From: a virus
Length of the DNA: 64,000 nucleotides
IMG/VR virus record: IMGVR_UViG_3300020281_000010
Strand: one strand, 5' to 3'
Part shown: positions 1 through 10,294 of the stretch, piece after piece
Layout of the letters: each line of letters begins with the position of its first letter
How positions within the stretch are numbered: position 1 is the first letter of the stretch
The notes under the pieces: generated by a model
Told to the model about the DNA's origin: nothing
The model's input: the letters and a program-made list of their open reading frames with translations, nothing else
Database searches by the model: none
Position numbers and translations under genes: made by a program

Positions 1-1
1 C

Positions 2-505
2 CCTCTAGTCTGTACTGGTCACTATCATATGAAATCTAGGAGAGGTAATATTCAATACCTCGGTAATCCGTACCAACTCTACTGGAATGATTACGGTCAG
101 AAGCGTGGGTTTCATATCCTAAATACTGATACATTAAAGTTAACGTTTGTTAAAAATCCATACGACATATTCTGCAAATTATATTATGACGATTCTAGAA
201 ATGATTACGATGATATTCCAGACTTGTCTCCACTCAAAGGAGCATTCGTCAAACTAATCGTTCAGAATCGATCTAATCAAAAGTGGTTTGATCGTATGAT
301 TAAAGCAATTCAACAGGCAGATGTAGCAGATCTAAAAATTATTGAGGATCTGACACTAGATGCACCCGAGGTTAATGAAGACGTGAAGATGGAAGATACG
401 ATGAGTATCTTAGAGACTTACGTTATGGACTTGGAAGAATCTGTTGATAAGAAAAACGTCGTTAACATTCTGAAGTCCTTATACGTGGAGTCTCTCAACC
501 TATAA
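2..505 (+). CDS. g47: Recombination endonuclease subunit gp47 (Mre11/SbcD-like), 5'-truncated by window edge
   Basis: Frame is open from nt 2 (PLVCTGHYHMKS...YLGNPYQ); GHYH phosphoesterase motif; lies upstream of g46. Confidence 0.9.
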   Translation, partial: PLVCTGHYHMKSRRGNIQYLGNPYQLYWNDYGQKRGFHILNTDTLKLTFVKNPYDIFCKLYYDDSRNDYDDIPDLSPLKGAFVKLIVQNRSNQKWFDRMIKAIQQADVADLKIIEDLTLDAPEVNEDVKMEDTMSILETYVMDLEESVDKKNVVNILKSLYVESLNL

Positions 506-777
506 TGTTCATTCTCACAGACGAAAAAACTGGCGGTGTGTATGCTGTAACTCCTAAAGGGAAAGAGAATCCTAAGGGTCCAAAAGCAGTGCAGATCTTT
601 GTTGACAAGGATGATGCAGTACGTTATAATTTAATGCTAGAGGCAAACGATTATGCCCGTAAGTTAGATGTGCTTGAGGTTGACTTCGATCTCGTGGTAC
701 AGAACTGTCTTGCACATCGTTATGACTATGTTATTGTAAAACCAAATCAGGTAGTGGTACCACCCGAAGACGATTAA
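505..777 (+). CDS. Hypothetical protein
   Basis: 90-aa ORF coupled to g47 stop and g46 start. Confidence 0.75.
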   Translation: MFILTDEKTGGVYAVTPKGKENPKGPKAVQIFVDKDDAVRYNLMLEANDYARKLDVLEVDFDLVVQNCLAHRYDYVIVKPNQVVVPPEDD

Positions 778-779
778 CT

Positions 780-2498
780 ATGATTGTATTTGAGAAACTT
801 CGATGGCGAAATTTTTTATCAACTGGAAATAATTTTACTGAACTAGATCTCATCGATACTTCCTCAACTCTTGTTGTTGGTCCTAACGGTGCAGGTAAGT
901 CAACGATGTTGGATGCCCTGTGTTTTGGATTGTTCAATAGACCTTTTCGTAAGGTGTCCAAATCACAGTTGGTAAATACTATCAACGAAAGAGATACCCT
1001 CGTTGAGATAGACTTTAGTATTGGATCTGTTTCGTACAAAGTCGTACGAGGGATGAAACCTAATGTATTTGAGATTTGGAGAAATGGTTCCCTCGTGGAT
1101 CAAGACGCTGCCAATCGAGACTATCAAAAATACCTTGAACAATCAATACTTAAACTTAACTTCAAGTCTTTCACTCAAGTTGTTATACTTGGAAGTTCAA
1201 CTTTTGTTCCTTTTATGCAGTTGTCTGCACCGCATCGAAGGGAGGTTATCGAAGATCTACTGGACATTCAGATCTTCTCGCAAATGAATATGCTCCTCAA
1301 GGAGCGGATGAAAGATAATAGAGAACAACTGAAAGAGTGTGAACATCAGTTGCAACTTGCAGAACAAGCAATCAACGCTCAAAAGAAAACTGTTGATAAG
1401 TTGTCAGCAGTAAATGATGAGCGTATTACTAGACAGCAAGAAAAATTCAAAGAGAATGAAGATAGAATGATGGAGATCAAAGGAGAGATCTCTCTCATTG
1501 AAACTCGTGTGGTCGGACTCAAGTCTATGCAAGAGGAGTTGCTGAAGCACGAAGGTATGCTGATGAAGCAAAATAAAATCAAATCTAAACTGGAAGACAA
1601 AGGTAAGAAGTCTCTCAAAGATAAAGCATTCTTTGAAAAGAATACAACCTGTCCTACCTGCTCTCAGGACATTGAAGAATCATTTAGAAATATGAAGGTT
1701 TCTATCTATTCAGAGAAATACGAAGAGATGCGTAAGGCAGTGTCTGAACTTGACACACAGATTGCAGATACTATGTCACTTTGTACAAGCATTCGGAAAG
1801 AGACAGATCAACTCACTGAAGATCAATTTGAGATCCGCCGTTTGTATAACGAAGAAAAGAATTTGATGAAGGAGAACAGTGAGATCTTATCTCACGTTCA
1901 ACGTCTAAATACATTGCCTGACATCAAGAAGGAGAGAGATCAACTAGTTGTACTCCAACAAACTTATGACGAGAAGGAAGAATCTTGTTCTAAAGTTACA
2001 AAGGAAACCTTGGATTACAAACTGGTTGGTAACCTCCTCAAGGACGGTGGTATCAAGGCAAAGATTATCTCAAAATATATTCCTATCATCAACCAAAGGA
2101 TCAATAAGTACCTAGGTGATATGGATACCTTCGTGAATTTTACCCTTGACGAAGAGTTCAGTGAGGTGATAAAGTCTCGACATCGCGACAAGTTCTCCTA
2201 TGCCTCATTCTCTGAAGGCGAAAAGCAGAAGATTGATCTGTCACTCCTATTCACTTGGAGATACGTTGCGAAACTAAAAAACTCTGTTGCCACTAATCTC
2301 CTCATCCTAGATGAGGTATTTGATTCATCACTAGATAATCAAGCAACTGATGAACTCTTAAAAATTCTTAAGAGTCTAGGTAGTGAAACAAACTTCTTTG
2401 TTATCTCACATAAAGGTGAGGTTCTTCAAGATAAGTTTGAAAAACAAATCCGTTTTGAAAAGATCAACGGTTTTAGTAAATCATTCAGTTACGAATAA
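780..2498 (+). CDS. g46: Recombination endonuclease subunit gp46 (Rad50/SbcC-like ATPase)
   Basis: Walker A GPNGAGKST, coiled coil, CPTC zinc hook, FSEGEK signature, LILDEVFD Walker B. Confidence 0.97.
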   Translation: MIVFEKLRWRNFLSTGNNFTELDLIDTSSTLVVGPNGAGKSTMLDALCFGLFNRPFRKVSKSQLVNTINERDTLVEIDFSIGSVSYKVVRGMKPNVFEIWRNGSLVDQDAANRDYQKYLEQSILKLNFKSFTQVVILGSSTFVPFMQLSAPHRREVIEDLLDIQIFSQMNMLLKERMKDNREQLKECEHQLQLAEQAINAQKKTVDKLSAVNDERITRQQEKFKENEDRMMEIKGEISLIETRVVGLKSMQEELLKHEGMLMKQNKIKSKLEDKGKKSLKDKAFFEKNTTCPTCSQDIEESFRNMKVSIYSEKYEEMRKAVSELDTQIADTMSLCTSIRKETDQLTEDQFEIRRLYNEEKNLMKENSEILSHVQRLNTLPDIKKERDQLVVLQQTYDEKEESCSKVTKETLDYKLVGNLLKDGGIKAKIISKYIPIINQRINKYLGDMDTFVNFTLDEEFSEVIKSRHRDKFSYASFSEGEKQKIDLSLLFTWRYVAKLKNSVATNLLILDEVFDSSLDNQATDELLKILKSLGSETNFFVISHKGEVLQDKFEKQIRFEKINGFSKSFSYE

Positions 2499-3076
2499 TG
2501 TTTAGTCATCCATTTTTTACTAGTAACAATGGGTATGCCAAGCACGATGAGTTGAAGTTTGATCTTCTAGAAAATCGTGACAAGATCTGTCAAGATTACA
2601 ATATTTTCTATGGCACTGGGTACTCAACTGTTCATACTAACCCTGAATATCATCTATTGTATCCAGACTTTGCAGATTGGGTACTCCAGAATATTCACCC
2701 TTTTGATGAAGAACTCCAGATTGAGCAGATGTGGGTCAACGTCAATCCTAAAGGTGGGTTCCAAATGCGTCACAACCACGCAGATGCAGATATGGCAGGG
2801 ACTTACTATGTCAAGGTACCACCAGGCGACACTGGAGACATATATTTCTATCATCCCAACCATACTGTCGAAACGTTAAATAGAATACAACCTTATTGGG
2901 CATACACACATTGTCAGATCCCAAGAGAGCGTGATCTATACTTCTGGCCAGGTTATAATGACCACGAAGTCAGGCAAAATTATGAGAACCAAGAACGATG
3001 GTCAATCAGTTTTACTTTGAAAATACCCCAGAAAGTCCGAGAAGTAAGATTTCCAAATTTACCCAAGACTTCCTAA
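2498..3076 (+). CDS. 2OG-Fe(II) oxygenase-like protein
   Basis: MWVNVNPKGGFQMRHNH...GTYYV, HxH/D...H...R-x-S pattern (HEV...RWSISF). Confidence 0.8.
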   Translation: MFSHPFFTSNNGYAKHDELKFDLLENRDKICQDYNIFYGTGYSTVHTNPEYHLLYPDFADWVLQNIHPFDEELQIEQMWVNVNPKGGFQMRHNHADADMAGTYYVKVPPGDTGDIYFYHPNHTVETLNRIQPYWAYTHCQIPRERDLYFWPGYNDHEVRQNYENQERWSISFTLKIPQKVREVRFPNLPKTS

Positions 3077-3081
3077 CTCCC

Positions 3082-3633
3082 TTGCAACATTGTAAGACGG
3101 AGTTATTTCCTACAACTCTGTATGTTTTTTCACATAATAATGACTCGATTATTAAAGAGATTGAGTCAATACCTGACGATCCTGAGGTTCTATCCCACCT
3201 CTCACCAGGTGCAAAACCAAGTATTATCGAAGGATCCCACAACGGGATGTATGGTCTTCAACTATTCAAAAGATATGAACTACCAACCTTCAGTCAGTTC
3301 GTACACGACTGTCTGGAAAAAGTATATCCAGAGTCACAAATTTTCCAGTCGTGGATAAATAGATTACCTAAGGGGTCTAAGCAAGCAGTTCATACTCACG
3401 CGAACTCGGTTGTATCTGGAGTCTATTATCACGAGACCACATCCGATATGGGTGGTATCGTTTTTATGAATCCAAATCCATTCTCCAAGATGGCAATGTG
3501 GGGTACTGAAGAAGGCAGGTTCTTTCCTGCTACACCCAATACTCTAGTTTTGTTTCCATCTTGGTTGGAACATAAAACATCTGAGAACAGATCTAATATG
3601 CCACGAGTATCCATAGCATTCAACGCGAAGTAG
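3082..3633 (+). CDS. 2OG-Fe(II) oxygenase-like protein (start uncertain; TTG 3082 preferred over ATG 2998)
   Basis: ELFPT N-terminus, SWIN...HTH..SVVSGVYY, LFPSWLEH, RVSIAFN. Confidence 0.8.
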   Translation: MQHCKTELFPTTLYVFSHNNDSIIKEIESIPDDPEVLSHLSPGAKPSIIEGSHNGMYGLQLFKRYELPTFSQFVHDCLEKVYPESQIFQSWINRLPKGSKQAVHTHANSVVSGVYYHETTSDMGGIVFMNPNPFSKMAMWGTEEGRFFPATPNTLVLFPSWLEHKTSENRSNMPRVSIAFNAK

Positions 3634-3643
3634 ACAGTTAATA

Positions 3644-3688
3644 AAGTGTCCACTCAACCCTTACGCAACCACGTAGGGGTTTTATAAT
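3644..3688 (+). promoter_or_regulatory. Promoter: AAGTGTCCAC box, hairpin (3656-3681, may double as terminator), TATAAT -10
   Basis: Box G at 3646; inverted repeat AACCCTTACG/CGTAGGGGTT; TATAAT at 3683-3688. Confidence 0.6.
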
Positions 3689-3710
3689 GTGTACATAGAC
3701 AAGGAAACAA

Positions 3711-5891
3711 ATGACCGTAAACACAGGAGTCAAAGGTACACTCGCTAAGTTGCTCGCAACTGAAGACCTTATCATTGAGCACAAGAACTGCCAGACAGCA
3801 TCATTCGATGTCAAGCGTCGTGTTCTTACACTTCCTATCTGGGACAAAGCAAGTGAGACTGTATATGACTTGCTCGTATCTCACGAGGTAGGTCACGCTC
3901 TATTCACTCCTTCTGAGTGGACAGAGAATCAGTTCAAGTGCCCTCAGTCCTACGTCAACGTTACTGAAGATGCTCGCATCGAGAAGTTGATGAAGCGTAA
4001 GTATGCAGGTCTTCCAAAAACTTTCTACAGAGGTTACGCTGAACTAGATGCTCAAGATTTCTTCCAAGCATCTGACTCACACAAACTAAACCTTATCGAT
4101 CGTATCAATCTTCACTTCAAGATCGGTAACTACAGAGACATTCCTTTCTCTGCAGAAGAGCAAGTATTCGTAAAGAAGACTGGTAACGCTGAGACCTTCC
4201 AAGAAGCGTGTGACGTTGCTAACGAGATCTTCGAGTTTATGAAGGAGAAGCAAGAGCAGATGGAAACAGTTGCTGCTCCTGCTCCTAAGGAAGGTGCTGA
4301 GTCAGGTGCACCTGCAGGTGACTTCATCCCTGCTGATTCATCTAACAATGATCAGGAAAAGTTCCAAGAAGAAATCAATCCTGAGGCAGACATCGATTCT
4401 CCTCAAGAAGAATCTGAGGTAAAGCAAGGTGAATCACAAACACCACAGCAACCAACTGGTGCTTCAAACGAAGGTTCTAATGAGAACTACAAACCAGATC
4501 CTATGGAAGCATTGACTGACAAAGCATTCCAAGAAGCAGTCAAGGAACTTGTAGACAGCACATACGACTCTGAGTACATTCAGATTCCTGTTGTTGACCA
4601 CAAAAAACTTGTTGTTGGTTGGGAAGACGTTGTTCAAAAGTCTGAAGATTTCTGGAATGCTACTGAGTGTGAGCACGAGAAAGCAGATCTTGCTAAGTCT
4701 GTGACTGAGTACAATGACTTTATCAAAAAGTCTCAGAAAGAAATCAACTTCCTGATCAAAGAGTTTGAGTGCAGAAAAGCAGCAGACTCCTATGCACGTT
4801 CACTTACATCTAAGACTGGTGTTCTCAACACTACTGTGTTGCACCAGTACAAGTACAACGATGACATCTTCAAGCGTGTGACTGTTGTACCTGATGGTAA
4901 GAACCACGGTATGATCTTTCTTCTTGACTGGTCAGGTTCTATGGCAGGTTGTTTGTTCGATACTGCCAAGCAAGTCCTACAACTTGCACACTTCTGCAGG
5001 AAGATCAACATCCCATTCCGTTGCTATGCTTTCAACTATGCTTGGAATGCATTCCACAATCAGGATCTACCTCAGTCAGAGCGTTTCATCCCACAGTACG
5101 GTGACATCTCTTACGCTAACGGATTCTGCCTTGTAGAAATGCTTTCCTCTGAAGCAAAGAAGAAGAAAGACTTCGAGCGTTCTTGCTTGACATTCTGGAG
5201 AAACGTTGCATCTAACTGCAGCGGTAACGGTCACTGGTATGGTCGTCACTACAACTTCCAACACTGCCCTGGTCTTGGTCTTAGTGGCACTCCACTCCTT
5301 GAGGCAATCTCTGCAATGCATACTGTCATCCCTCAGTTCAAGAAAGAGACTGGTGCTCAGAAAGTATCTCTCTCAGTCTTGACTGACGGTGAGTCTGGTC
5401 CTGCATCCTACTTTGCTGAGCGTACAAACCTCTTCTCTGGAAGGTTGTTTGAGAATACATACGGACGTAGGTGCCAACTTCGTGACCGTAAGATCGGCAA
5501 GATCTATGAGAAAGAAGATCATCCTTCTTACCAACTCAACGTCTTCCTTGAGAACCTCAAGGATAGGTTCCCTGAGGTAACTACTATCGGGTTCCGTCTC
5601 ATCTCTCCTCGCGACACAGCATCTTACCTTCGTCAACTTGGTTATATGGGTTGCCTTAAGAGAGTTGATATTGCTCACGATAAGTTCAAGAAGGAGAAGT
5701 TCGTAGAGATCACTGAGTCTAAGTACGATGTACTCTATGTTCTTCCTACAAACAATCTTGAAGAGTCTGAGTCTATCGATGTTGCTGACGGTGCAGAACT
5801 CAAGCAGATCCGTGCCGCCTTCAAGAAACTTTACAAAGGCAAGAACAGCAACAAGAAAATGCTTTCTTCTCTTAGTAAGACAATCGCATAA
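3711..5891 (+). CDS. Zn-metallopeptidase (HEXXH) / vWA-domain protein, partner of MoxR-type ATPase
   Basis: LVSHEVGHA, NVTEDARIE, acidic linker, MIDAS motif LLDWSGSM...TP...LTDGE. Confidence 0.85.
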   Translation: MTVNTGVKGTLAKLLATEDLIIEHKNCQTASFDVKRRVLTLPIWDKASETVYDLLVSHEVGHALFTPSEWTENQFKCPQSYVNVTEDARIEKLMKRKYAGLPKTFYRGYAELDAQDFFQASDSHKLNLIDRINLHFKIGNYRDIPFSAEEQVFVKKTGNAETFQEACDVANEIFEFMKEKQEQMETVAAPAPKEGAESGAPAGDFIPADSSNNDQEKFQEEINPEADIDSPQEESEVKQGESQTPQQPTGASNEGSNENYKPDPMEALTDKAFQEAVKELVDSTYDSEYIQIPVVDHKKLVVGWEDVVQKSEDFWNATECEHEKADLAKSVTEYNDFIKKSQKEINFLIKEFECRKAADSYARSLTSKTGVLNTTVLHQYKYNDDIFKRVTVVPDGKNHGMIFLLDWSGSMAGCLFDTAKQVLQLAHFCRKINIPFRCYAFNYAWNAFHNQDLPQSERFIPQYGDISYANGFCLVEMLSSEAKKKKDFERSCLTFWRNVASNCSGNGHWYGRHYNFQHCPGLGLSGTPLLEAISAMHTVIPQFKKETGAQKVSLSVLTDGESGPASYFAERTNLFSGRLFENTYGRRCQLRDRKIGKIYEKEDHPSYQLNVFLENLKDRFPEVTTIGFRLISPRDTASYLRQLGYMGCLKRVDIAHDKFKKEKFVEITESKYDVLYVLPTNNLEESESIDVADGAELKQIRAAFKKLYKGKNSNKKMLSSLSKTIA

Positions 5892-5934
5892 GTGGCACAC
5901 TGACCTACCATCTGTGCCACAGATGCCCTATACT
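5890..5934 (+). promoter_or_regulatory. Promoter: AAGTGGCACAC box, hairpin 5909-5925, TATACT -10
   Basis: Box G at 5892; CATCTGT-GCC-ACAGATG; TATACT at 5929-5934. Confidence 0.6.
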
Positions 5935-5963
5935 TAATTCATACAAACAAACACACTAAACAA

Positions 5964-7055
5964 ATGCCTTTCGATCCCATCCCTTACACAACCGAAGACT
6001 TCTTCAACTATCTTGTAGAGAACTTCGGACCAGAAGTTTCTGTTCCTAATCTTCTCGCTGCTTCCGATCACTTCGGATGTTCTCTTGCTACTGTCAAGAA
6101 ACGTATGAAGCAGTACAAAACTGGATACAACAAGTGGCAACTCACAGTTGCTGAGGCACGTAAGCAATTCGAGGCAGCAGTTGCACCACAAGTATCTCTT
6201 GTTCCTGCAGCAGACCCTAACTACGTTCCTTTCGGTAACTACAGCACAATCAAAAAAGTTATCAAGAGCAAAGCGTTCTACCCTACCTACATCCAAGGTC
6301 TGTCAGGAAACGGTAAAACTCTTGGTGTTGAGCAAGCGTGTGCTTCTCTAAATAGGGAGTTGATTCGCGTTAACATCACGATTGAAACCGACGAAGATGA
6401 TCTTATTGGTGGGTTTCGTCTTGTTGATGGTAATACTGTCTGGCACAATGGACCAGTCATCGATGCTCTGGAGAAAGGAACTGTGCTGCTTCTAGACGAA
6501 GTAGACCTTGCATCAAACAAGATTCTCTGTCTCCAGTCTGTTCTTGAAGGCAAAGGTGTATTCCTTAAGAAGATTGGTCGCTATGTAAAACCCGCCCCTG
6601 GATTCAATGTTATTGCAACTGCAAATACTAAAGGTAAAGGCAGCGATGACGGTCGCTTTGTTGGAACCAATGTTCTCAATGAAGCATTCCTAGAGCGTTT
6701 TGCTATTACCCTCGAACAGGACTACCCATCTGTAGTTACTGAAACTAAAATCCTTAAAGGTATCTGTGATGATGCTGACTTCTGTAAGCGTCTTGCTGAC
6801 TGGGCATCCATCATCCGCAGGACTTTTGCTGAGGGTGGTATCGATGAGTTGATCTCAACTCGTAGGTTGGTTCACATTGCCAAGGCATTCAACATCTTTG
6901 GTTCTAAGGAAGATGCTATCAAGTTCTCCATCAATCGTTTCGATGAGGAAACTAAGCAAGCATTCTTTGAACTCTATGATAAGATTGACGCGGACTTCGC
7001 ACCCGAAGGTGACAAGGTTGTACCTCTAAACGGAACTGATGTTGACTTGGGGTGA
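5964..7055 (+). CDS. cobS: MoxR/CobS-like AAA+ ATPase
   Basis: Walker A GLSGNGKT, EDDLIGG, LLLDEVD Walker B, ATANTKG, AFLERF, STRRL sensor II. Confidence 0.9.
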   Translation: MPFDPIPYTTEDFFNYLVENFGPEVSVPNLLAASDHFGCSLATVKKRMKQYKTGYNKWQLTVAEARKQFEAAVAPQVSLVPAADPNYVPFGNYSTIKKVIKSKAFYPTYIQGLSGNGKTLGVEQACASLNRELIRVNITIETDEDDLIGGFRLVDGNTVWHNGPVIDALEKGTVLLLDEVDLASNKILCLQSVLEGKGVFLKKIGRYVKPAPGFNVIATANTKGKGSDDGRFVGTNVLNEAFLERFAITLEQDYPSVVTETKILKGICDDADFCKRLADWASIIRRTFAEGGIDELISTRRLVHIAKAFNIFGSKEDAIKFSINRFDEETKQAFFELYDKIDADFAPEGDKVVPLNGTDVDLG

Positions 7056-7070
7056 TTACTCTGTTAAACT
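7042..7070 (+). promoter_or_regulatory. sigma70-type promoter
   Basis: TTGACT-17 nt-TAAACT with extended TG. Confidence 0.55.
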
Positions 7071-7081
7071 AATAGCATCCT

Positions 7082-7246
7082 ATGGATCTCCCAATTAATG
7101 ATGAGGAACTCCTCACTGTAGTCGCTGCCCTTAAACTGGGTGGCGACACTGCCCTTCATAACAAACTCAAACTTGTTACTGAACTAAGAGCACTGGGAAA
7201 ACCTTACAAAAAAATCCTTCGAGAACAGTACGGTTATGTCGTGTAA
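7082..7246 (+). CDS. Small hypothetical protein (54 aa, not in ORF track)
   Basis: MDLPINDEELLTVVAALKLGGD...GYVV*, directly after promoter, overlaps next start. Confidence 0.7.
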   Translation: MDLPINDEELLTVVAALKLGGDTALHNKLKLVTELRALGKPYKKILREQYGYVV

Positions 7247-7523
7247 GTATGATGAAGTGGCAACACTTCAAACATTGAAAGACTACATCACAGGAACATA
7301 TCAAGGTCACTATTCAGCAGGCAATGATCAGATTCAAACACTTGATCTAATTGAAGCGTGTGGTGATGCCGAGGCATTCTGTAGGAGTAACATCCTAAAG
7401 TATGCCTCTCGTTATGATAAGAAGGGGTCCTCTAAAATGGATCTCCTCAAGGTGATGCATTACGCAGTCCTTCTATATCACTTCTCTCAAAAAGAAAAAA
7501 TCACTGAACAGTATCCTCAATGA
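7236..7523 (+). CDS. Conserved phage protein (DUF3310-like)
   Basis: HYS...IQTLDLI...FCRSNILKYASRYDKKG...DLLKVMHYA. Confidence 0.75.
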   Translation: MSCKYDEVATLQTLKDYITGTYQGHYSAGNDQIQTLDLIEACGDAEAFCRSNILKYASRYDKKGSSKMDLLKVMHYAVLLYHFSQKEKITEQYPQ

Positions 7524-8203
7524 GCACAGTCAAGATCTCCAAAAAAACACAATCAATCCTCAAAAACTTTGCTACTATCAATAAGTCGATCGTTATCGAT
7601 CCTGGCAGTAGGATCCGTACGATCTCTGTCAACCGCAACATTTATGCTTCTGTCGAAGTTGCTGAAAAGTTCCCTCAGCAAGTCCCGATTTATGACTTGG
7701 GTCTTTTCCTCTCTGGTCTCTCGCTGTTTGAGAGTCCAATTTTTGACTTCAGTGACCCTCAGAAACTTGAGATCAAAGACGAGATCCACCAAGCAAGGAC
7801 GCAGTATTATTACTCGGACCCCGACATCATCACGAAACCTCCGTCCAAGGAACTGGACATCCCTGGGGTAGATGTTGAATTTAATCTTCGTACTGATACT
7901 CTTGCTGACCTTCTCCGCGCTGCTTCCGTCTACCAAGTGCCTGATCTATGTCTGTACAATGGTGGTGGGAACATTAACCTGATGGTATGCGACAAGAAGA
8001 ATGAGACTAGCAACACGTTCAGTGTTCCTGTAGGTACTCTCAAAGATCCTGACGATGAGTTCTGTTATTGTTTCAAGGTTGAGAACCTCAGACTCCTCCC
8101 AGGTGATTACAAAGTTCGTATCGCCAAGAACAAGATCGGACACTTCCAGTCTACTGGAACTCCACTTGAATATTACATTGCTCTAGAACCCAAAGGCAAA
8201 TGA
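7520..8203 (+). CDS. g45: Sliding clamp gp45
   Basis: ILKNFATINKSI, IYDLGLFL, YYIALE C-terminus; synteny with g44/g62. Confidence 0.95.
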   Translation: MSTVKISKKTQSILKNFATINKSIVIDPGSRIRTISVNRNIYASVEVAEKFPQQVPIYDLGLFLSGLSLFESPIFDFSDPQKLEIKDEIHQARTQYYYSDPDIITKPPSKELDIPGVDVEFNLRTDTLADLLRAASVYQVPDLCLYNGGGNINLMVCDKKNETSNTFSVPVGTLKDPDDEFCYCFKVENLRLLPGDYKVRIAKNKIGHFQSTGTPLEYYIALEPKGK

Positions 8204-8772
8204 AGCAAACTGACCTCTTCAAAGTTCCAGTTTATATCCACTCAGTTCGTGACTGGGAAACTATCAAGATGTATTTCTTGAACAAGATTGACTGGAACGA
8301 TCCAGAGTGTCAGGATTTGATGCAAGATGATTATCTCAATGGTGGGTATAGCGATTTCCACAAGTATTATGCTCAAGGACGCAACCCAGAATACTATGAA
8401 GAATTGATGACAATCTTGCACGAACCGCTTCAAGATTTTGCTAGTATGAATCCTGGGGCATTTGTGTCTAATGCGTGGTGCCAAAAGTATCCCGCTAACA
8501 CCTGTCACGCTGCACACAATCACGGTGCAGTTGGATACTCCGCTGTGTTCTATGCTCAACTGGGCAGAGCACACAAACCCACATCATTCTTCTCACCGTT
8601 GATTGATCCGTGGACTGGACAAATCGAATCGATTGAACCAGAATGTAGGGAAGGTGATATAATTTTCTTCCCATCCTATCTTATCCACCAGTCACAACCA
8701 CATCGTGCATATGAGGATAAGATTATCTTTTCATTTAATCTACATCTCTCTGGAGATACTATTTCATTATGA
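8200..8772 (+). CDS. 2OG-Fe(II) oxygenase-like protein
   Basis: LFKVP, AWCQ...HAAHNH..YSAVFY, FFPSYLIH, IIFSFN. Confidence 0.8.
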   Translation: MKQTDLFKVPVYIHSVRDWETIKMYFLNKIDWNDPECQDLMQDDYLNGGYSDFHKYYAQGRNPEYYEELMTILHEPLQDFASMNPGAFVSNAWCQKYPANTCHAAHNHGAVGYSAVFYAQLGRAHKPTSFFSPLIDPWTGQIESIEPECREGDIIFFPSYLIHQSQPHRAYEDKIIFSFNLHLSGDTISL

Positions 8773-9710
8773 GTGATTTTCTTTGGTGCGAACAATATCG
8801 TCCTCGTAAGATTGACGATTGCATCCTGCCTGAGAATATCAAGAGTGTACTAAACAAATTTGTGGAGAAGGGTGAGATTCCCAATCTGCTGCTGTCTGGA
8901 CCTCCTGGTATTGGCAAGACAACAGTAGCAAAAGCATTGTGTGAACAACTAGAAGCAGACTACTATGTCATCAACGGATCAGACGAAGGACGATTTCTCG
9001 ATACAGTCAGAAACAATGCGAAGAATTTCGCTTCGACCGTATCGCTTACTGCAACTGCTAAACACAAAGTCATCATCATTGACGAGGCAGATAACACAAC
9101 CCCTGATGTTCAACTCCTCCTACGGGCAAGCATTGAGGAGTTTAGTGGCAACTGTAGATTCATCTTCACCTGCAACTACAAAAACAAAATCATCGCGCCC
9201 CTCCATTCTCGTTGCTCAGTTGTTGACTTCTCCATCACAGGAAAAGAAAAGCAACAACTCGCAGCAGAGTTTTTCAAGCGTGTCCAGTCCATCCTTGACG
9301 AAAACAAAGTCGATGCTGAACCTCGCATTCTGGCGGCGCTAGTACAAAAATATTTCCCTGACTTTAGACGTACTCTCAATGAACTCCAACGTTATTCTTC
9401 CATTGGTAAGATTGACAACGGTGTTCTTGCTGCTGTATCTGATACTAAACTTGACGACCTAGTAAAGTTTCTCAAAGAGAAAGAGTTTACTAAGATGAAG
9501 AAGTGGGTTGTTCAGAATCTGGACAATGAACCTACACAGATCATTAGGAATGTTTACGACAGTCTCTATACATATCTGTCACCTCAGTCTATTCCTGAGG
9601 CAGTCCTCCTGATTGGTGAGTATCAATACAAGGCAGCATTTGTTGCCGACCAAGAGATTAACTTGGTTGCTTTCCTTACTGAACTTATGATGAGGTGTCA
9701 GTTCAAATGA
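8769..9710 (+). CDS. g44: Clamp loader large subunit gp44
   Basis: LWCEQYRP, GPPGIGKTT, IIIDEAD, LHSRC, PDFRR. Confidence 0.97.
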   Translation: MSDFLWCEQYRPRKIDDCILPENIKSVLNKFVEKGEIPNLLLSGPPGIGKTTVAKALCEQLEADYYVINGSDEGRFLDTVRNNAKNFASTVSLTATAKHKVIIIDEADNTTPDVQLLLRASIEEFSGNCRFIFTCNYKNKIIAPLHSRCSVVDFSITGKEKQQLAAEFFKRVQSILDENKVDAEPRILAALVQKYFPDFRRTLNELQRYSSIGKIDNGVLAAVSDTKLDDLVKFLKEKEFTKMKKWVVQNLDNEPTQIIRNVYDSLYTYLSPQSIPEAVLLIGEYQYKAAFVADQEINLVAFLTELMMRCQFK

Positions 9711-10294
9711 AACTCCGTTATCCAAAAGAGTACAACTTCGTAGATGCTCTGACAGATATTAGATCAGCAGTCTTGTTGATCGGACTCCACGGTAAAGATC
9801 TTATTGGTCTAGAACTTGGAGTCTTTCGTGCAGAAAGTCACCTGACTATTTTGCAGAACTGTCCTAACGTCAAGAAGTTGTATGGTATTGATAACTGGGA
9901 ACCATACACAGACTGGATGAATCCTGATGGTGATGGTCCTTTGAACTCTACCTCTCCTGCACAGATGGAGACACACGAATGGATCGCTAAGCACCATATC
10001 AAATGGTCTGGTTGCTCTGACCGTTCAGAACTTTGGAAGGGTAATACAGAGACTCTTCATTTGAGTTGTGACGATGAGACATTCGACTTTATTTTCTTTG
10101 ATGCTTGGTTGGATTACGAACAAGTAAAACGTGAACTGAATGATTGGTATCCTAAACTTAAAAAGGGTGGTCTATGCATCGGTCACGATTACAATGCTGA
10201 ACCAGTGAATGTTGGTGTAGCAGAGTTCAGAGATATAAATGAAATTAACAGTCATATGGCAACGTATGATTCTATGTTCGCTTGGAGAAAATGA
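9707..10294 (+). CDS. Class I SAM-dependent methyltransferase
   Basis: LELGVFRAES, YGIDNW, FDFIFFDA, LKKGGLCIGHDY. Confidence 0.8.
   Translation: MKLRYPKEYNFVDALTDIRSAVLLIGLHGKDLIGLELGVFRAESHLTILQNCPNVKKLYGIDNWEPYTDWMNPDGDGPLNSTSPAQMETHEWIAKHHIKWSGCSDRSELWKGNTETLHLSCDDETFDFIFFDAWLDYEQVKRELNDWYPKLKKGGLCIGHDYNAEPVNVGVAEFRDINEINSHMATYDSMFAWRK

Noticed and set aside
5964-7055. cobS as evidence of phage cobalamin synthesis
   Set aside because: No cobN or other cob genes in the window; a MoxR-type ATPase with a vWA partner is the simpler reading
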